Source: a bacterium (GTDB lineage: Bacteria > Patescibacteriota > Minisyncoccia > JAUYLV01). Taken from it: a DNA stretch of 64,000 bases. Numbering within the stretch: position 1 is the first letter of the stretch; the number at the start of each line of letters is the position of its first letter. Location of the stretch: positions 9,023 to 73,022 of the forward strand of contig JAUSGO010000022.1 of assembly GCA_030649025.1 (NCBI GenBank), in the 5' to 3' direction. A model generated the notes under the pieces. That model saw only the letters and a list, made by a program, of their open reading frames with translations, was not told the DNA's origin and did not search any database. A program made the translations under genes and the position numbers. This document shows positions 36,356 to 46,344 of the stretch, one piece after another.

Positions 36356-37912
36356 ATGAAAAAAGTACTGTTTTTCGGCATATTGGTTGTCGTTCTTGCA
36401 ATAACCGGCGTGGCAGGAATTATCCTATATCATAAATATATTCGTGGTGCTCTGCCCGCTTTCAAAAATCCCTCCAAGGACATTGCGGAGCTTATCGAGA
36501 AAGCTGCGAAAGAACCGCAAAACCTCACGGGAATGCCGCTTACAATTCCTGCCGGATTTTCCATTTCTATTTTTGCAAAGAACCTTCCCGGAGCGCGCGT
36601 GATGGCGCAAGACCGTTTCGGGAATTTTTGGGTAAGCCAAACGGGGAAAGGAAAAATTTCTTTTCTAGAAGTTGCCGAAGGGAAAGTGGTAAGAGTCGCC
36701 GAAATGTTAAAAGGGCTTAAGAGTCCCCACGGGCTTGCATTCGATCCCGAGAACGGCACGATGCTCTACATCGCCGAAGAGGACAAGATCTCGCGCCTGC
36801 CGACATACTCCGATGGCCACTTGGAAAAAGTCATTGACCTCCCTTCGGGCGGCAGACATTTCACGCGCACGCTCGGCTTCGGACCCGACAATAAGCTATA
36901 TGTTTCCATCGGCTCCACCTGCAATGTGTGCCACGAAGAAGATCCTCGAAATGCAAAAATTTTTTCTCTTAACCGCGACGGAAGCGATTTCAAAGAGTTC
37001 GCGCGTGGTTTGCGGAACGCCGTCTTTTTCACCTGGAGCTATGTCGACGGAAAGATGTGGGCAACCGAGATGGGCCGGGACGGGCTGGGAGACAATCTGC
37101 CGCCGGATGAGATAAACATCGTAGAGCAGGATAAAAACTACGGCTGGCCGACCTGTTACGGCAAAAACATCCACGACACCGAATTCGACAAAAATACGTA
37201 TATCCGGAATCCCTGTATGGATCCGTTTGAAATGCCTTCAGTTGTCGATCTACCGGCACATTCTGCGCCATTGGGTCTTGCATTCGTCCCGGAAGAAGGC
37301 TGGCCGGAAGAGTATTGGTATAACCTTCTTGTCGCCTACCACGGCTCATGGAACCGCACCCAGCCCACCGGATACAAAGTGGCGCGCATAAAACTCGATG
37401 CGAAGGGAGCGTACCTGGGAACGGAAGATTTTATTACGGGCTGGCTTACAGCCGACAACGAAGCGCTTGGCCGTCCCGTTGATATACTTACAGTGCCCGG
37501 CGGTATTGCATACATTTCAGACGATAAGGCAGGCGTGATATATAAGCTTAGCTATCTTCGCAATGAAGAGCCCGGAGATGCTTCTGATAAATCGAGCCTT
37601 ATTCGCCTTGATAATCCTCTTTCCGGCAGTATCGTGAAAAATCCCCTTACAGTTTCAGGTGAAGCGCGAGGCTATTGGTTTTTTGAAGCATCATTTCCCG
37701 TAAAGCTCCTCGATGGCAACGGAAAACTTCTTGTCGTACTGCCTGCGCAAGCCCAAGAAGAATGGATGACAGAAAATTTTGTTCCTTTCCGCGTAACCCT
37801 GGAGTTTGAAACCCCTGAAACCGAAACAGGAACGCTTGTGCTTGAGCGCGATAACCCCTCCGGCCTTCCGGAACACGCGGATGAATTAAGAGTCCCTATT
37901 CGGTTTCGTTAA
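36356..37912 (+). CDS. PQQ-dependent sugar dehydrogenase (soluble glucose/sorbosone dehydrogenase family), membrane-anchored
   Basis: An N-terminal TM, GSDH beta-propeller motifs (SPHGLAFDPENGTMLYIAE, NYGWP) and an extra C-terminal domain. Confidence 0.7.
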   Translation: MKKVLFFGILVVVLAITGVAGIILYHKYIRGALPAFKNPSKDIAELIEKAAKEPQNLTGMPLTIPAGFSISIFAKNLPGARVMAQDRFGNFWVSQTGKGKISFLEVAEGKVVRVAEMLKGLKSPHGLAFDPENGTMLYIAEEDKISRLPTYSDGHLEKVIDLPSGGRHFTRTLGFGPDNKLYVSIGSTCNVCHEEDPRNAKIFSLNRDGSDFKEFARGLRNAVFFTWSYVDGKMWATEMGRDGLGDNLPPDEINIVEQDKNYGWPTCYGKNIHDTEFDKNTYIRNPCMDPFEMPSVVDLPAHSAPLGLAFVPEEGWPEEYWYNLLVAYHGSWNRTQPTGYKVARIKLDAKGAYLGTEDFITGWLTADNEALGRPVDILTVPGGIAYISDDKAGVIYKLSYLRNEEPGDASDKSSLIRLDNPLSGSIVKNPLTVSGEARGYWFFEASFPVKLLDGNGKLLVVLPAQAQEEWMTENFVPFRVTLEFETPETETGTLVLERDNPSGLPEHADELRVPIRFR

Positions 37913-37921
37913 CAGGTAAAC

Positions 37922-37951
37922 TTGACAAAAAGCATAACTATGTGCTATATT
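37922..37951 (+). promoter_or_regulatory. Sigma70-like promoter for 37968..38558
   Basis: TTGACA, an 18-nt spacer, TATATT. Confidence 0.4.
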
Positions 37952-37967
37952 ATCTTTGTAGTATACT

Positions 37968-38558
37968 TTGACAACTCGGAGGTGCGCCTTGCAGGAATAC
38001 ATAGGCAAAATCGGCGGTTTCGTCGTTTTTTGCGCGCACTTTCCGCTCTATGTAGCGATAGTGCGCAAAACAGTTAGGCCAAGTTTGGCCACGTGGGGCA
38101 TGTGGTCTGTTCTGGCCAGCGCCATGGTAGCCAGCCAGATAGCGGCGGGTAAAAAAGATGTTTGGGGAATGCTCGCGGCGGCCACAGGAACAATCGTGGT
38201 CTTCATTCTTCTTCTGTTCTACGGGGAGAGAAAATGGACCGCGTTTGATACGCGTTGCTTGCTTCTATCAGCTCTGGGCGTGGTTGCCTGGGCAGTGTCT
38301 GGACCAGCAACGGCACAGATCGCATTTCTCGCATCGCTATTTATCGCAGGAGCATCGACGGTGAGAAATGCGTGGCAGAACCCGCAAAATGAGAGCAGGC
38401 TGGCTTGGGGAATGTTCGCTCTGGGTTTTGGCCTGACGGTCATAGCCATCACTAACTGGCACAGTCTGACGATGTGGGTACAGCCAGTATCGAGCACGAT
38501 TTTTAATCTCGTGGTTTTTCTTCTGGCGCTTCGGTGCAAGGGGAAAGCCAAGGCATAA
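37968..38558 (+). CDS. Multi-pass membrane protein, paralog of 41233..41811
   Basis: Six hydrophobic segments. It shares patterns such as ...T.RP..ATWGMW... and a conserved acidic / W-rich loop with the minus-strand gene at 41233. Confidence 0.45.
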   Translation: MTTRRCALQEYIGKIGGFVVFCAHFPLYVAIVRKTVRPSLATWGMWSVLASAMVASQIAAGKKDVWGMLAAATGTIVVFILLLFYGERKWTAFDTRCLLLSALGVVAWAVSGPATAQIAFLASLFIAGASTVRNAWQNPQNESRLAWGMFALGFGLTVIAITNWHSLTMWVQPVSSTIFNLVVFLLALRCKGKAKA

Positions 38559-38664
38559 AGCCCGGACTCGCTATCACGCGATGCTCCGGGCTTCACTATT
38601 TTAAAGGACTAGAAAACCGCTCCATACAGGAAGCGGCCTTCTTTTTTTATGTCTTGTATTCCGC

Positions 38665-41061
38665 TTACTGCAAATCAAGCTGTTTTACCTTCTGCCAGGT
38701 TTTCTCGTCGAATACCGTAATACGCTGGGGTGAAAGGATGTAGAGATAATCGTCCAGGTACACTGCCCGCTCGGCTTGAACCTCGGCAAGCGTGGCAACA
38801 AGTTTGAGTTCATCGTTGTCGTAGGAGAACACGTACCCGCCGCGCGACCCGGGCAGGAAGAACACCTTGTGTTTTTGGTCGGCAAGGAACGCATGATGCG
38901 TTTGCGATACGCCGGACCAGTATTCGTTAAGATTGTACTTCGCTTTCTCCACAGGGTTTGCCGGATCCGACACATCGAACAGCGAAACTTTTACCTGTGA
39001 TTGCTCCTGCCCAACGCCAAGCACCCTTGCGGGTGCAAGCGGATGGAGGTAAGAGGAAAATCCGGGAATTTTCAGCTCTCCGGCCTTCTTTGGATTTTTA
39101 GGATCGGAAAGGTCCAGCACGTAGAACGGGTCTATCTGCCGGAACGTGACTACGTACCCCCTGTCTTCTACGAACCGCGCGGAGTAAATGCGCTCGCCAA
39201 GACCCATGTCTTTCACCGACCCGATGATATTAAGACTCCCATCAAGTACATAGACGTCGTTTATGCTTTCAATTCCGGAACCGAATCCCAGACCGAAGGA
39301 ATTGTTCCCTTCAACAGTGATTGCCACCCGAAGATTGCCTTTATATTCATCAAGAGAGAATTGATTCAGAAGCTGGCCCGGAATCTCTCCCGATGCGACG
39401 ACCGAAAATTCCGCGATATCGATTTTTACAACAGCGGTTTTACTCAAATCGCGAGCGTGTTCTTTGAAGTAATCTTTAGCGCGATTCTGAAGTTCGTTTT
39501 CGAGCTTGAGCCGTATATCCTTATCGGAGCTTTCCAGCCGCTGCAGAATAAGCGCAAGCTCGGTCATTTTCGAGGTCTGGCTGATGTCGTAATCTTTGAG
39601 CTTCCTAATTTTTTCGAGAACTTCTCCTGGAATAAGATCTTTCCCTTTTTCGTTGAAAAAATTATAGACAATCTCCACGAAATCTGTCTCCAGAGGATGG
39701 GTGAGATACAGTGCATTTGGCGACATGGAAAGAATAGTTTGAGCGCTTGAGCCCACGACAGAAATACGGCCTTCTATGTTTCCGTCGGCGGGATTTACGG
39801 CCATCGCCGTGAAGGTAACATCCGCAGGCGCGGGACCCACAGGCCGCCAGATTTCAAAACACGGGATGGAAAGGGGACTGCCTTTTACAATCATCGGTAC
39901 GACGGGACAGGGGTTATCGTATGCGATACCGGTGCGGGTTATTACGTAGAGTTTATCTTTATAGAGACGGGCATCCACCATGCCGGTGCTTTCCTTGAAT
40001 TCAAGTTTCCAGACTTCTTTGGGACTTGAGGGATTTGAAATGTCGTAACCCCGGATATCTTCCGATTTTTGATACCCATAGCCATAATACTGCCCATGCG
40101 ACTGCGGCAGAACAACAAGAACATTTTTAGAAACCAGCAAGGTGCCGTTTTTTTCAATTTTTGCGTAAGTTACAAGTTCGCTTGGCGGAAAAGCTTTGAT
40201 GATTTTCGTGTGAGCCGGCGCGGGAGTCGGATAAGGAATAGGCATCCCTATTTCCGGGGAAATCATTTTGGCGTCTGGAGCCGGCATTCCCTGAACATCG
40301 GTCGGTGGCATCTCGAGAGTTTCGCGTATCATAGGCATCGGATAATACCGGGAAAATTGCTGGGAATAATATATTTCTTTGCCGTTCGTTTTTACGATAT
40401 CGGGCTCGTCTATGCCCTGTACTTGTACGTTAGTTTGAGATACGCGTTCGGCTTGTCCACCCCCGCCGCCCTCGCTAAGCGGCATCGCGGCTGGCATGAG
40501 TGCATCTGTTGCGCCTACCATTCTTCCTGCGCTCAAAAATGATTTCATTCCAAATCCTTGTTGTTCTATAGCATCCAAAATATAGGATTTGAACTCTTCG
40601 TCGGAGGCAAATTTTTTAAGTCCTGCCTTTTGAAAAACCGGTGAAACACCAGGAGTTTGAGATTGAGAAGGATCGGCGCTTGCCGAGGGAGAAACTTGGG
40701 GAGCCATTGAAAACGGCCAGGTGTGAAGGTAAAATTTTGCGGACGTAGCATATCCTCCGGCAAGCACGATCGCCACGCCAAAGCCGGTGAGTAGAAGCTT
40801 CATGGAGACCGACGAGGATGCGGTTTCGTACGACTGTACCGCCGGCACAATCGTTGCTCGGTTTACTTGTCCCGAGTATTCCCGGGGGGCTTGCGCCGAG
40901 GAAGCACCCTCCTGTGTGCCGGATACGTCATAAGTTGCCAGAGCGTCTTTGATATCCGCTTCCGGCCAGCCCGCACCTAAAAGATCCTGGCGGATTGCTT
41001 CATCCGCAGTACCTGAGTTTTTTGCCTGCTTAATATAGTCTAACAATTTTTGATTTGGCAT
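38665..41061 (-). CDS. Membrane-anchored protein with a C-terminal beta-propeller domain (Beta_propel / COG4880-like)
   Basis: An N-terminal cytoplasmic domain, a TM (LLLTGFGVAIVLAGGYA) and a Pro/Ser-rich linker. The C-terminal ~450 aa have beta-propeller-type repeats (YVVTFRQIDPFYVLDLSDPKNPK...). Confidence 0.5.
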   Translation of the reverse strand: MPNQKLLDYIKQAKNSGTADEAIRQDLLGAGWPEADIKDALATYDVSGTQEGASSAQAPREYSGQVNRATIVPAVQSYETASSSVSMKLLLTGFGVAIVLAGGYATSAKFYLHTWPFSMAPQVSPSASADPSQSQTPGVSPVFQKAGLKKFASDEEFKSYILDAIEQQGFGMKSFLSAGRMVGATDALMPAAMPLSEGGGGGQAERVSQTNVQVQGIDEPDIVKTNGKEIYYSQQFSRYYPMPMIRETLEMPPTDVQGMPAPDAKMISPEIGMPIPYPTPAPAHTKIIKAFPPSELVTYAKIEKNGTLLVSKNVLVVLPQSHGQYYGYGYQKSEDIRGYDISNPSSPKEVWKLEFKESTGMVDARLYKDKLYVITRTGIAYDNPCPVVPMIVKGSPLSIPCFEIWRPVGPAPADVTFTAMAVNPADGNIEGRISVVGSSAQTILSMSPNALYLTHPLETDFVEIVYNFFNEKGKDLIPGEVLEKIRKLKDYDISQTSKMTELALILQRLESSDKDIRLKLENELQNRAKDYFKEHARDLSKTAVVKIDIAEFSVVASGEIPGQLLNQFSLDEYKGNLRVAITVEGNNSFGLGFGSGIESINDVYVLDGSLNIIGSVKDMGLGERIYSARFVEDRGYVVTFRQIDPFYVLDLSDPKNPKKAGELKIPGFSSYLHPLAPARVLGVGQEQSQVKVSLFDVSDPANPVEKAKYNLNEYWSGVSQTHHAFLADQKHKVFFLPGSRGGYVFSYDNDELKLVATLAEVQAERAVYLDDYLYILSPQRITVFDEKTWQKVKQLDLQ

Positions 41062-41232
41062 AATTTGACCTTAAGGATTATAAACGTGAATTCTACATAT
41101 ATAATACATCATTTTAAAAAAACGTACACGATGTATCCCAGTAAGAAATACGGCGCACCGTCGTGCCAGCCAGGATCGAACAAATAAAACTGGTCGCAGA
41201 AGCTACTTGGAGAGGAACCATTCTTTGAACGG

Positions 41233-41811
41233 TCAGTGGGCCAGCCGGGAACGCCGTATGACCAGCATCAGCACGAAAATCGCATTGGCAAGCACCAGGT
41301 AGGAGGGGTAAAGAGCCGTAACAAGAGAAAATTGTTTCAAGGCAACCAAGCCGATGGCAAATTTGACCACGCTAAGGAAGAAGGTGAGTAATGTTTCCTC
41401 ATGGGGTTTTGTAAATGATTTGCGGAACGTCGGAACAAACCCAAGTGCGTCAATGATGGTGACCAGAACGATCGAAAGCAGAGGGCTCTTCGTGATAAAC
41501 CACAAGACTAACGCCATAGCCGCGCCGAGCAAACTTGCCCAGTCTATCGGCAGAATGTTCTTTTTGCTTTGTTTCAGCGCAAAGAAAAAAATAATGAAAT
41601 TTACGAAAGCAGAAAATCCGGTTACCCATGCGCCAGGTCCCCCGCCACCCGCCAACTGGCCGGCGCACCCGATGGATGACAACGTTCCCCACACAAGCCA
41701 CGTAAAAGCATGCGGTTTTGTAGTACCGAGAAAAACATCTCGGAAGTAGGGAATGTAGCTTACAAACGCTACGAGAGTCGCGATAGCGCCAAGAATAATC
41801 TTATAGTCCAT
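41233..41811 (-). CDS. Multi-pass membrane protein, paralog of 37968..38558 (start taken at MDYKIIL)
   Basis: See the paralog. Six hydrophobic segments. Confidence 0.45.
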   Translation of the reverse strand: MDYKIILGAIATLVAFVSYIPYFRDVFLGTTKPHAFTWLVWGTLSSIGCAGQLAGGGGPGAWVTGFSAFVNFIIFFFALKQSKKNILPIDWASLLGAAMALVLWFITKSPLLSIVLVTIIDALGFVPTFRKSFTKPHEETLLTFFLSVVKFAIGLVALKQFSLVTALYPSYLVLANAIFVLMLVIRRSRLAH

Positions 41812-41941
41812 GGATGCTGAAATTCTCTTACAACAACTCTGCCATGCGCACTCCGAAGAAGCGCCCAAATAACTTTTCTCCTGCATCGCCGACCCCTTTC
41901 GGTTCTACGATACGTTCTTGCCAAGATGTCCCCGCACACGC

Positions 41942-42181
41942 CTAGTTAGCACGGATACTTAAGCCAGGTATCTCAAATATTTTCTGCCGCGAGGCAAAGC
42001 CGGAGACAAGCTTCACGCGCGAGGAAGCAATCCCAAAATGCCGGGCAAGCGCCCGCGCGATCGCATTATTTGCCCGGTCTTCTTTCGGAGGCTCTTTCAC
42101 CAAAACCTTGAAGTGGGTCTTGTCGGCCTGTTCCACCCGCTCATTTTTCGCGTTCGGTTTCGCTCTCACAAATATTTTCAT
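41942..42181 (-). CDS. DUF167 / YggU-family protein
   Basis: MKIFVRAKPNAKNERVEQ...FKVLVKEPPKEDRANNAIARALARHFGIASSRVKLVSGFASRQKIFEI matches the UPF0235 pattern. Confidence 0.65.
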   Translation of the reverse strand: MKIFVRAKPNAKNERVEQADKTHFKVLVKEPPKEDRANNAIARALARHFGIASSRVKLVSGFASRQKIFEIPGLSIRAN

Positions 42182-42212
42182 ATTCCTAAGAATTTACCAA
42201 TCCGTTTCCCAA

Positions 42213-42545
42213 TCAGTTCAAACTAAGCAAAAGCACGAAAAGCGTCATAACGGTGAACGCAAAAAAGATCGCGAGGGTTGAGAAAAGAAGGGAAAGCGCT
42301 TCTTTTTTATTGCCGTCAAGGTACCACAAAATCGGCCTGCCAAAGAGCGCAAGACCCATGAAAGCCGCCGAAAACACAAGCAATAGGAGCATTGCGATAG
42401 GAACAAGAACTGTTTTTTGAGGTCCAAAATTTTTCGGCGCATAGAACATGAACGAGGCCACGGCGATAACATAGAGAGCCGCCCCTAGCGCGTTGAGCAA
42501 GGCGTTTATGATAATTGCGTGTTTTGTATCTTTATGAAAAAACAT
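42213..42545 (-). CDS. Hypothetical small membrane protein (3 TM)
   Basis: A hydrophobic 110-aa ORF. Confidence 0.35.
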   Translation of the reverse strand: MFFHKDTKHAIIINALLNALGAALYVIAVASFMFYAPKNFGPQKTVLVPIAMLLLLVFSAAFMGLALFGRPILWYLDGNKKEALSLLFSTLAIFFAFTVMTLFVLLLSLN

Positions 42546-42590
42546 ACGTTCTGCGATTTTTTAATACTTATATTGTGGCACAAGAATTCT

Positions 42591-43490
42591 TTATAAGGTC
42601 CCGTCTGAACTCCCTGTACCCTGGCTGGGTGTTGAAACGGGCATTCCTGTTGGAGGCGGTGATTCTTCAGGCGGATTGGGTAACGCCGCAGAAGAGCTTG
42701 CGGTCATTGCCCTTGGCGTTGTAATTACAGGGTCTGCCGGATTTAAGGTCTGCGTTTTGGATGGCGTGGGGGACGGTCCCTTTGATGGTTCTGCGGTTGG
42801 CTGTGGGGATGGGATCGGAGAGGAAATCGGCGAGATGCTTGGCAATTCTTCCACTCCGATTACGGCAGGGGAGGAACCTATATTTTCCGAATCCACATTG
42901 GCGGTGCCGCAGGTCATTTTACAATACCCAAGCCCCGCCGCCCCGGCCACTCCCGCTACCGCAAGCAAAGCCAATATGTTTTTTAAGATATCCTGGAGAC
43001 GCTTTTGTGACGCGGCCTCTTTCTTCTTTTTCTCTTCATCCTCTTTCTTTTCACTCTCTTCCTCAAGCTCAAGCTCTATCGGTTCTTCAAAATCAAGGCT
43101 TGCCGAATTGATGCGATACTGTACCCGGCCTTCTTTGGCCGGGTCCTTCACCACATAGCCCAAATGACTGCCGCACTCTTTACACGACACCTCTTTTTGT
43201 ATCTTGCCCGCAGGCATCACAGGGGTTAGCGTAAGGCGCTTGATATCCACGGGCTCCTTGAAACTCGGCCAGCCGGTGTTCGAATCAAATTTGGCATCGG
43301 AAGAAAAAAGCACGCTGTTACAGGCAGCGCACACGTATGTCCCCTTCGCTTCGCTATCCCAATACTTGCCGGTATAGGGCCGCTCCTCTCCTTTCTCGCG
43401 CATGACCCTATATTGTTCGGGATTCAATTTCTTTCTGAATCCTTGTTCGTCCATAAGAACATTAGATGTTTTAACTGTGATTTTTGCCAA
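42591..43490 (-). CDS. msrB: Peptide-methionine (R)-S-oxide reductase MsrB, fused to a TM anchor and a Pro/Ser/Thr-rich tail
   Basis: An N-terminal SelR domain: CAACNSVLFSSDAKFDSNTGWPSF...CKECGSHLGYVVKD...RYCINSASL, with two CxxC pairs and a catalytic Cys. This is followed by an E/K-rich linker, a TM (ILALLAVAGVAGAAGLGY) and a P/S/T-rich C-terminus. Confidence 0.75.
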   Translation of the reverse strand: MAKITVKTSNVLMDEQGFRKKLNPEQYRVMREKGEERPYTGKYWDSEAKGTYVCAACNSVLFSSDAKFDSNTGWPSFKEPVDIKRLTLTPVMPAGKIQKEVSCKECGSHLGYVVKDPAKEGRVQYRINSASLDFEEPIELELEEESEKKEDEEKKKKEAASQKRLQDILKNILALLAVAGVAGAAGLGYCKMTCGTANVDSENIGSSPAVIGVEELPSISPISSPIPSPQPTAEPSKGPSPTPSKTQTLNPADPVITTPRAMTASSSAALPNPPEESPPPTGMPVSTPSQGTGSSDGTL

Positions 43491-43550
43491 GAAATAGGAC
43501 CAAAAGGCACTTGCAATACTCCGAAACTCCCAGCATTTTTGATCCTTGTT

Positions 43551-44465
43551 TTAAAACCAGTTCTTTCTTTTGAAGAATATAAGGGAGATTGCGGCCAATG
43601 CGGACATCAATGCAAATACGATAAAGAACGAATGGGCAGATTGTTGGAACGGAAGCGGGATATTCATGCCATACATTCCGGTTACAATGATGAAGGGAAG
43701 AGCAATCGTGCCATAGACCGTCAGCACCTTTGATATCTCGTTGGTGCGTTGTGCCATGGTAGAGGCATAAACTTCAAGCGAACCGTTAAGCACGTCGCGG
43801 TATGTTTCAACGAATTCAATGACGCGGATAACGTGTTCATAGAGATCGCGGTAATAATTCTCAAGATCGCCATCGGTTTTAACGCGCGGATGCCTGATAA
43901 GCGTACTCACTACCTCGCGCATACCTCCGGCATTGCGGCGAAAGTCAATAAGGGTGCGCCTAATCTTGAATATTCGCTCAAGCGTTTGCGGTGTGGGATT
44001 CTTCCATGCGTCAGACTCAACGGCCTGGATGCCCTCTCCAATCCTATCAAGTGTTATCAGATAGTTATCGATAATCTCGTCGAGGATCGCATATACAAGA
44101 TGATGCGTATCGGTCGCGTCAACATCGGCGGACTGGGAAAAACGTTCGCGAACGTGCTCGGCCAATGCTCCGGAACGTTCCTCAACCGTCACCAGCGATT
44201 CTGGTTTAATGAACATGTTGAAATCGTCAAAATGGAGCTGATTGATTTTTACCTCAAAACGGGCAATTTTAGCCACTACGAAAACGTAATTTTTGCGCTC
44301 AACGACTTTGGCGATCTGCCGCTTATGATAACAATCCTCTATATCGAGCTTATGGTATCCCTCTGCCTTGGCGAAGTCCTTAAACCGTTCATCGGGAGAT
44401 ACGATGATTGTACGCCAGGGGATGCCCGGCATCGGCTCACTAATAAATTTTTCAGATGAGTTCAT
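43551..44465 (-). CDS. corA: Magnesium/cobalt transporter CorA
   Basis: A C-terminal 2-TM region with the YGMNIPLPF (GMN) motif. Confidence 0.8.
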   Translation of the reverse strand: MNSSEKFISEPMPGIPWRTIIVSPDERFKDFAKAEGYHKLDIEDCYHKRQIAKVVERKNYVFVVAKIARFEVKINQLHFDDFNMFIKPESLVTVEERSGALAEHVRERFSQSADVDATDTHHLVYAILDEIIDNYLITLDRIGEGIQAVESDAWKNPTPQTLERIFKIRRTLIDFRRNAGGMREVVSTLIRHPRVKTDGDLENYYRDLYEHVIRVIEFVETYRDVLNGSLEVYASTMAQRTNEISKVLTVYGTIALPFIIVTGMYGMNIPLPFQQSAHSFFIVFALMSALAAISLIFFKRKNWF

Positions 44466-44584
44466 ATGAATGGCCCTAGTAATAAAATGCTCGACGGAGC
44501 GGTAAAAACTACCTTAATTAGCATACCACAAACTTCCTCGACATGCTTGGAACAAGAATATAACCCATAGGGTGCTTATATCCT

Positions 44585-45226
44585 TCAGAATACCGGCGTG
44601 GAGCAGTCTTGCAGGTCTTCTCGCGTAAGCGGCTGGCCGAGTCTTGCCCGCTCACTCATGAGCGAGCAGGGGAGCGCAAGGGGTGATGGGGTGAACCCCA
44701 TCTCAAATTGCTGGGTCGAAAGCCCTCCTCGATGTTCAAAATGGGGGTCGTCAACCTGCTCCAGGGCGCAATATTGACCGATCTTTGCAAGCCGCTTCCA
44801 ATTGATATCAAACCCCTTCCACCGGTCCACCACATCCACCGCATATCCGTAGTTATGAATGCTCTTGCCCGCTTCAGCCCAGCTTACAATATGCCCATCT
44901 ACGGTCCGTCCTTGTTGATATAATTCGGCTTGTTCCTTTATGGTACGAAAACCGGATGTGATGCGCAGGGTATATCCGTAAACGGCGGCGACAGGAATAA
45001 AACATTCGTTCACTTGGGTTATAAAGTTCGCGTTCAGTTCTGTCGGCATGGGAGGCGGGGTGGGGCGGATATACGGTTCCGATGACGAAAATTCTTTGAG
45101 TAGCCGGTTGTGCTGAAAAGTCAGAACCGCTCCGCCAAAAACCACAAATAAAAAGATCGCCACGATAGGTCCTCGATTCGTTTTCTTTTTTTTGAAAAAT
45201 TTTAGCATAAAAAAGATTCTTTGCAC
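44585..45226 (-). CDS. Peptidase M15 family (D-Ala-D-Ala carboxypeptidase / VanY-like)
   Basis: An N-terminal TM, SGFRTIKEQAELY, HNYGYAVDVVD and DDPHFEH zinc-ligand motifs. Confidence 0.65.
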   Translation of the reverse strand: MQRIFFMLKFFKKKKTNRGPIVAIFLFVVFGGAVLTFQHNRLLKEFSSSEPYIRPTPPPMPTELNANFITQVNECFIPVAAVYGYTLRITSGFRTIKEQAELYQQGRTVDGHIVSWAEAGKSIHNYGYAVDVVDRWKGFDINWKRLAKIGQYCALEQVDDPHFEHRGGLSTQQFEMGFTPSPLALPCSLMSERARLGQPLTREDLQDCSTPVF

Positions 45227-45371
45227 GCGGGGGCTCCAACCCTCATTTTAACCGTTCGATGATATCCCGTCTAGAACTCATGTCTTTTTATGCGTGTTAA
45301 GATAAACAAAAACAGCCCACAGGGAGCCATTCAGGGTATTTGGACGAGTTTATCTCCGGTAACTACGCAAG

Positions 45372-46073
45372 TTAAGATGTAAGATCAACTTCTATAAGAA
45401 TAAAACGAGAAGCTTCTTTTGCTTTGATGTTCAGCATGCCTTCCTCGGATATTCTTGCCTGGTCACCCGGTAAGAGTTCGCTTCCATGGATCTCAAGTGT
45501 CCCTTGTGTAACATACACGAAGGCGCCGTGCGAAGGCCGGACATTGAAGGTAGCCAAGCCGGCTTTCTTAAGTGTTCCAAGATACACGGTTGCATCGGCT
45601 GTAATGGGAATTGCGCCGGGAAGACTCTCGCCCGAGGCCACCGGCAGAAGCCCACTCTCTTCTTTACTCGGTAAGAACGTTTGCTGATGATATGCGGGAG
45701 TAATTTGCTGTTTTCTTGGTCCGAGCCATATCTGATACAGATGCACCGAGGTTTTCCCATGGTTGAATTCCGAATGGACAACCCCTTTGCCTGCCGACAT
45801 GTGCTGAACATCACCCGGACGCACAATCCCTTTGTTCCCGGCATTATCCTCGTGCGCGAGCTCTCCTTCAAGAACGACGGTCACTATCTCCATGTTTGCG
45901 TGCGGATGCGGCGGGAAACCCGTTTTTGCTGCGACAATGTCATCATTGAACACGCGCAGGTTCCCGAAGTTCATGTTCTCCGGGTCATGGTACGTATCAA
46001 AAGAAAAAAGCCAGTAGGTTCTGAGCCACTCCAGGTCGGTATAATGTCGATTCTTGGCTTTAATAATGCGCAT
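45372..46073 (-). CDS. Pirin-family cupin protein
   Basis: FPPHPHANMEIVTVVLEGELAHEDNAGNKGIVRPGDVQHMSAGKGVVHSE, a bicupin. Confidence 0.75.
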   Translation of the reverse strand: MRIIKAKNRHYTDLEWLRTYWLFSFDTYHDPENMNFGNLRVFNDDIVAAKTGFPPHPHANMEIVTVVLEGELAHEDNAGNKGIVRPGDVQHMSAGKGVVHSEFNHGKTSVHLYQIWLGPRKQQITPAYHQQTFLPSKEESGLLPVASGESLPGAIPITADATVYLGTLKKAGLATFNVRPSHGAFVYVTQGTLEIHGSELLPGDQARISEEGMLNIKAKEASRFILIEVDLTS

Positions 46074-46088
46074 GGTCGCGGATGAAGT

Positions 46089-46340
46089 CTATTTCGTTCT
46101 CTTGGAATGGATGAATTCCAATTTCTTATCCCGTCTTAAACTTTTTAGCCGGGCTTCTTTTTTTAACGCCGTGCTTCGAGAACCGCAACGCTCGGCATAT
46201 AAAATTTTTTTAACCCCATGCGACCTGGTATAGCGTCCCCCTTTGCCCTCTTTATGCTCGGCAAATCTCCGCCTGACGTCGGTGGCGATACCGGTGTAAA
46301 TACTGCCGTCTTTGCATCGAATAAGATAGACGGAATACAT
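46089..46340 (-). CDS. GIY-YIG nuclease-family small protein (UPF0213/YhbQ-like)
   Basis: YSVYLIRCKDGSIYTGIATDVRRRFAEH...R...K...E. Confidence 0.65.
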   Translation of the reverse strand: MYSVYLIRCKDGSIYTGIATDVRRRFAEHKEGKGGRYTRSHGVKKILYAERCGSRSTALKKEARLKSLRRDKKLEFIHSKRTK

Positions 46341-46344
46341 ACTT

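Noticed and set aside
41120-41190. tRNA-like T-arm (GTTCGATCC) on the minus strand
   Set aside because: I could not build a cloverleaf. The 5' T-stem does not pair, and there is no acceptor stem or anticodon arm. It is probably a chance match.
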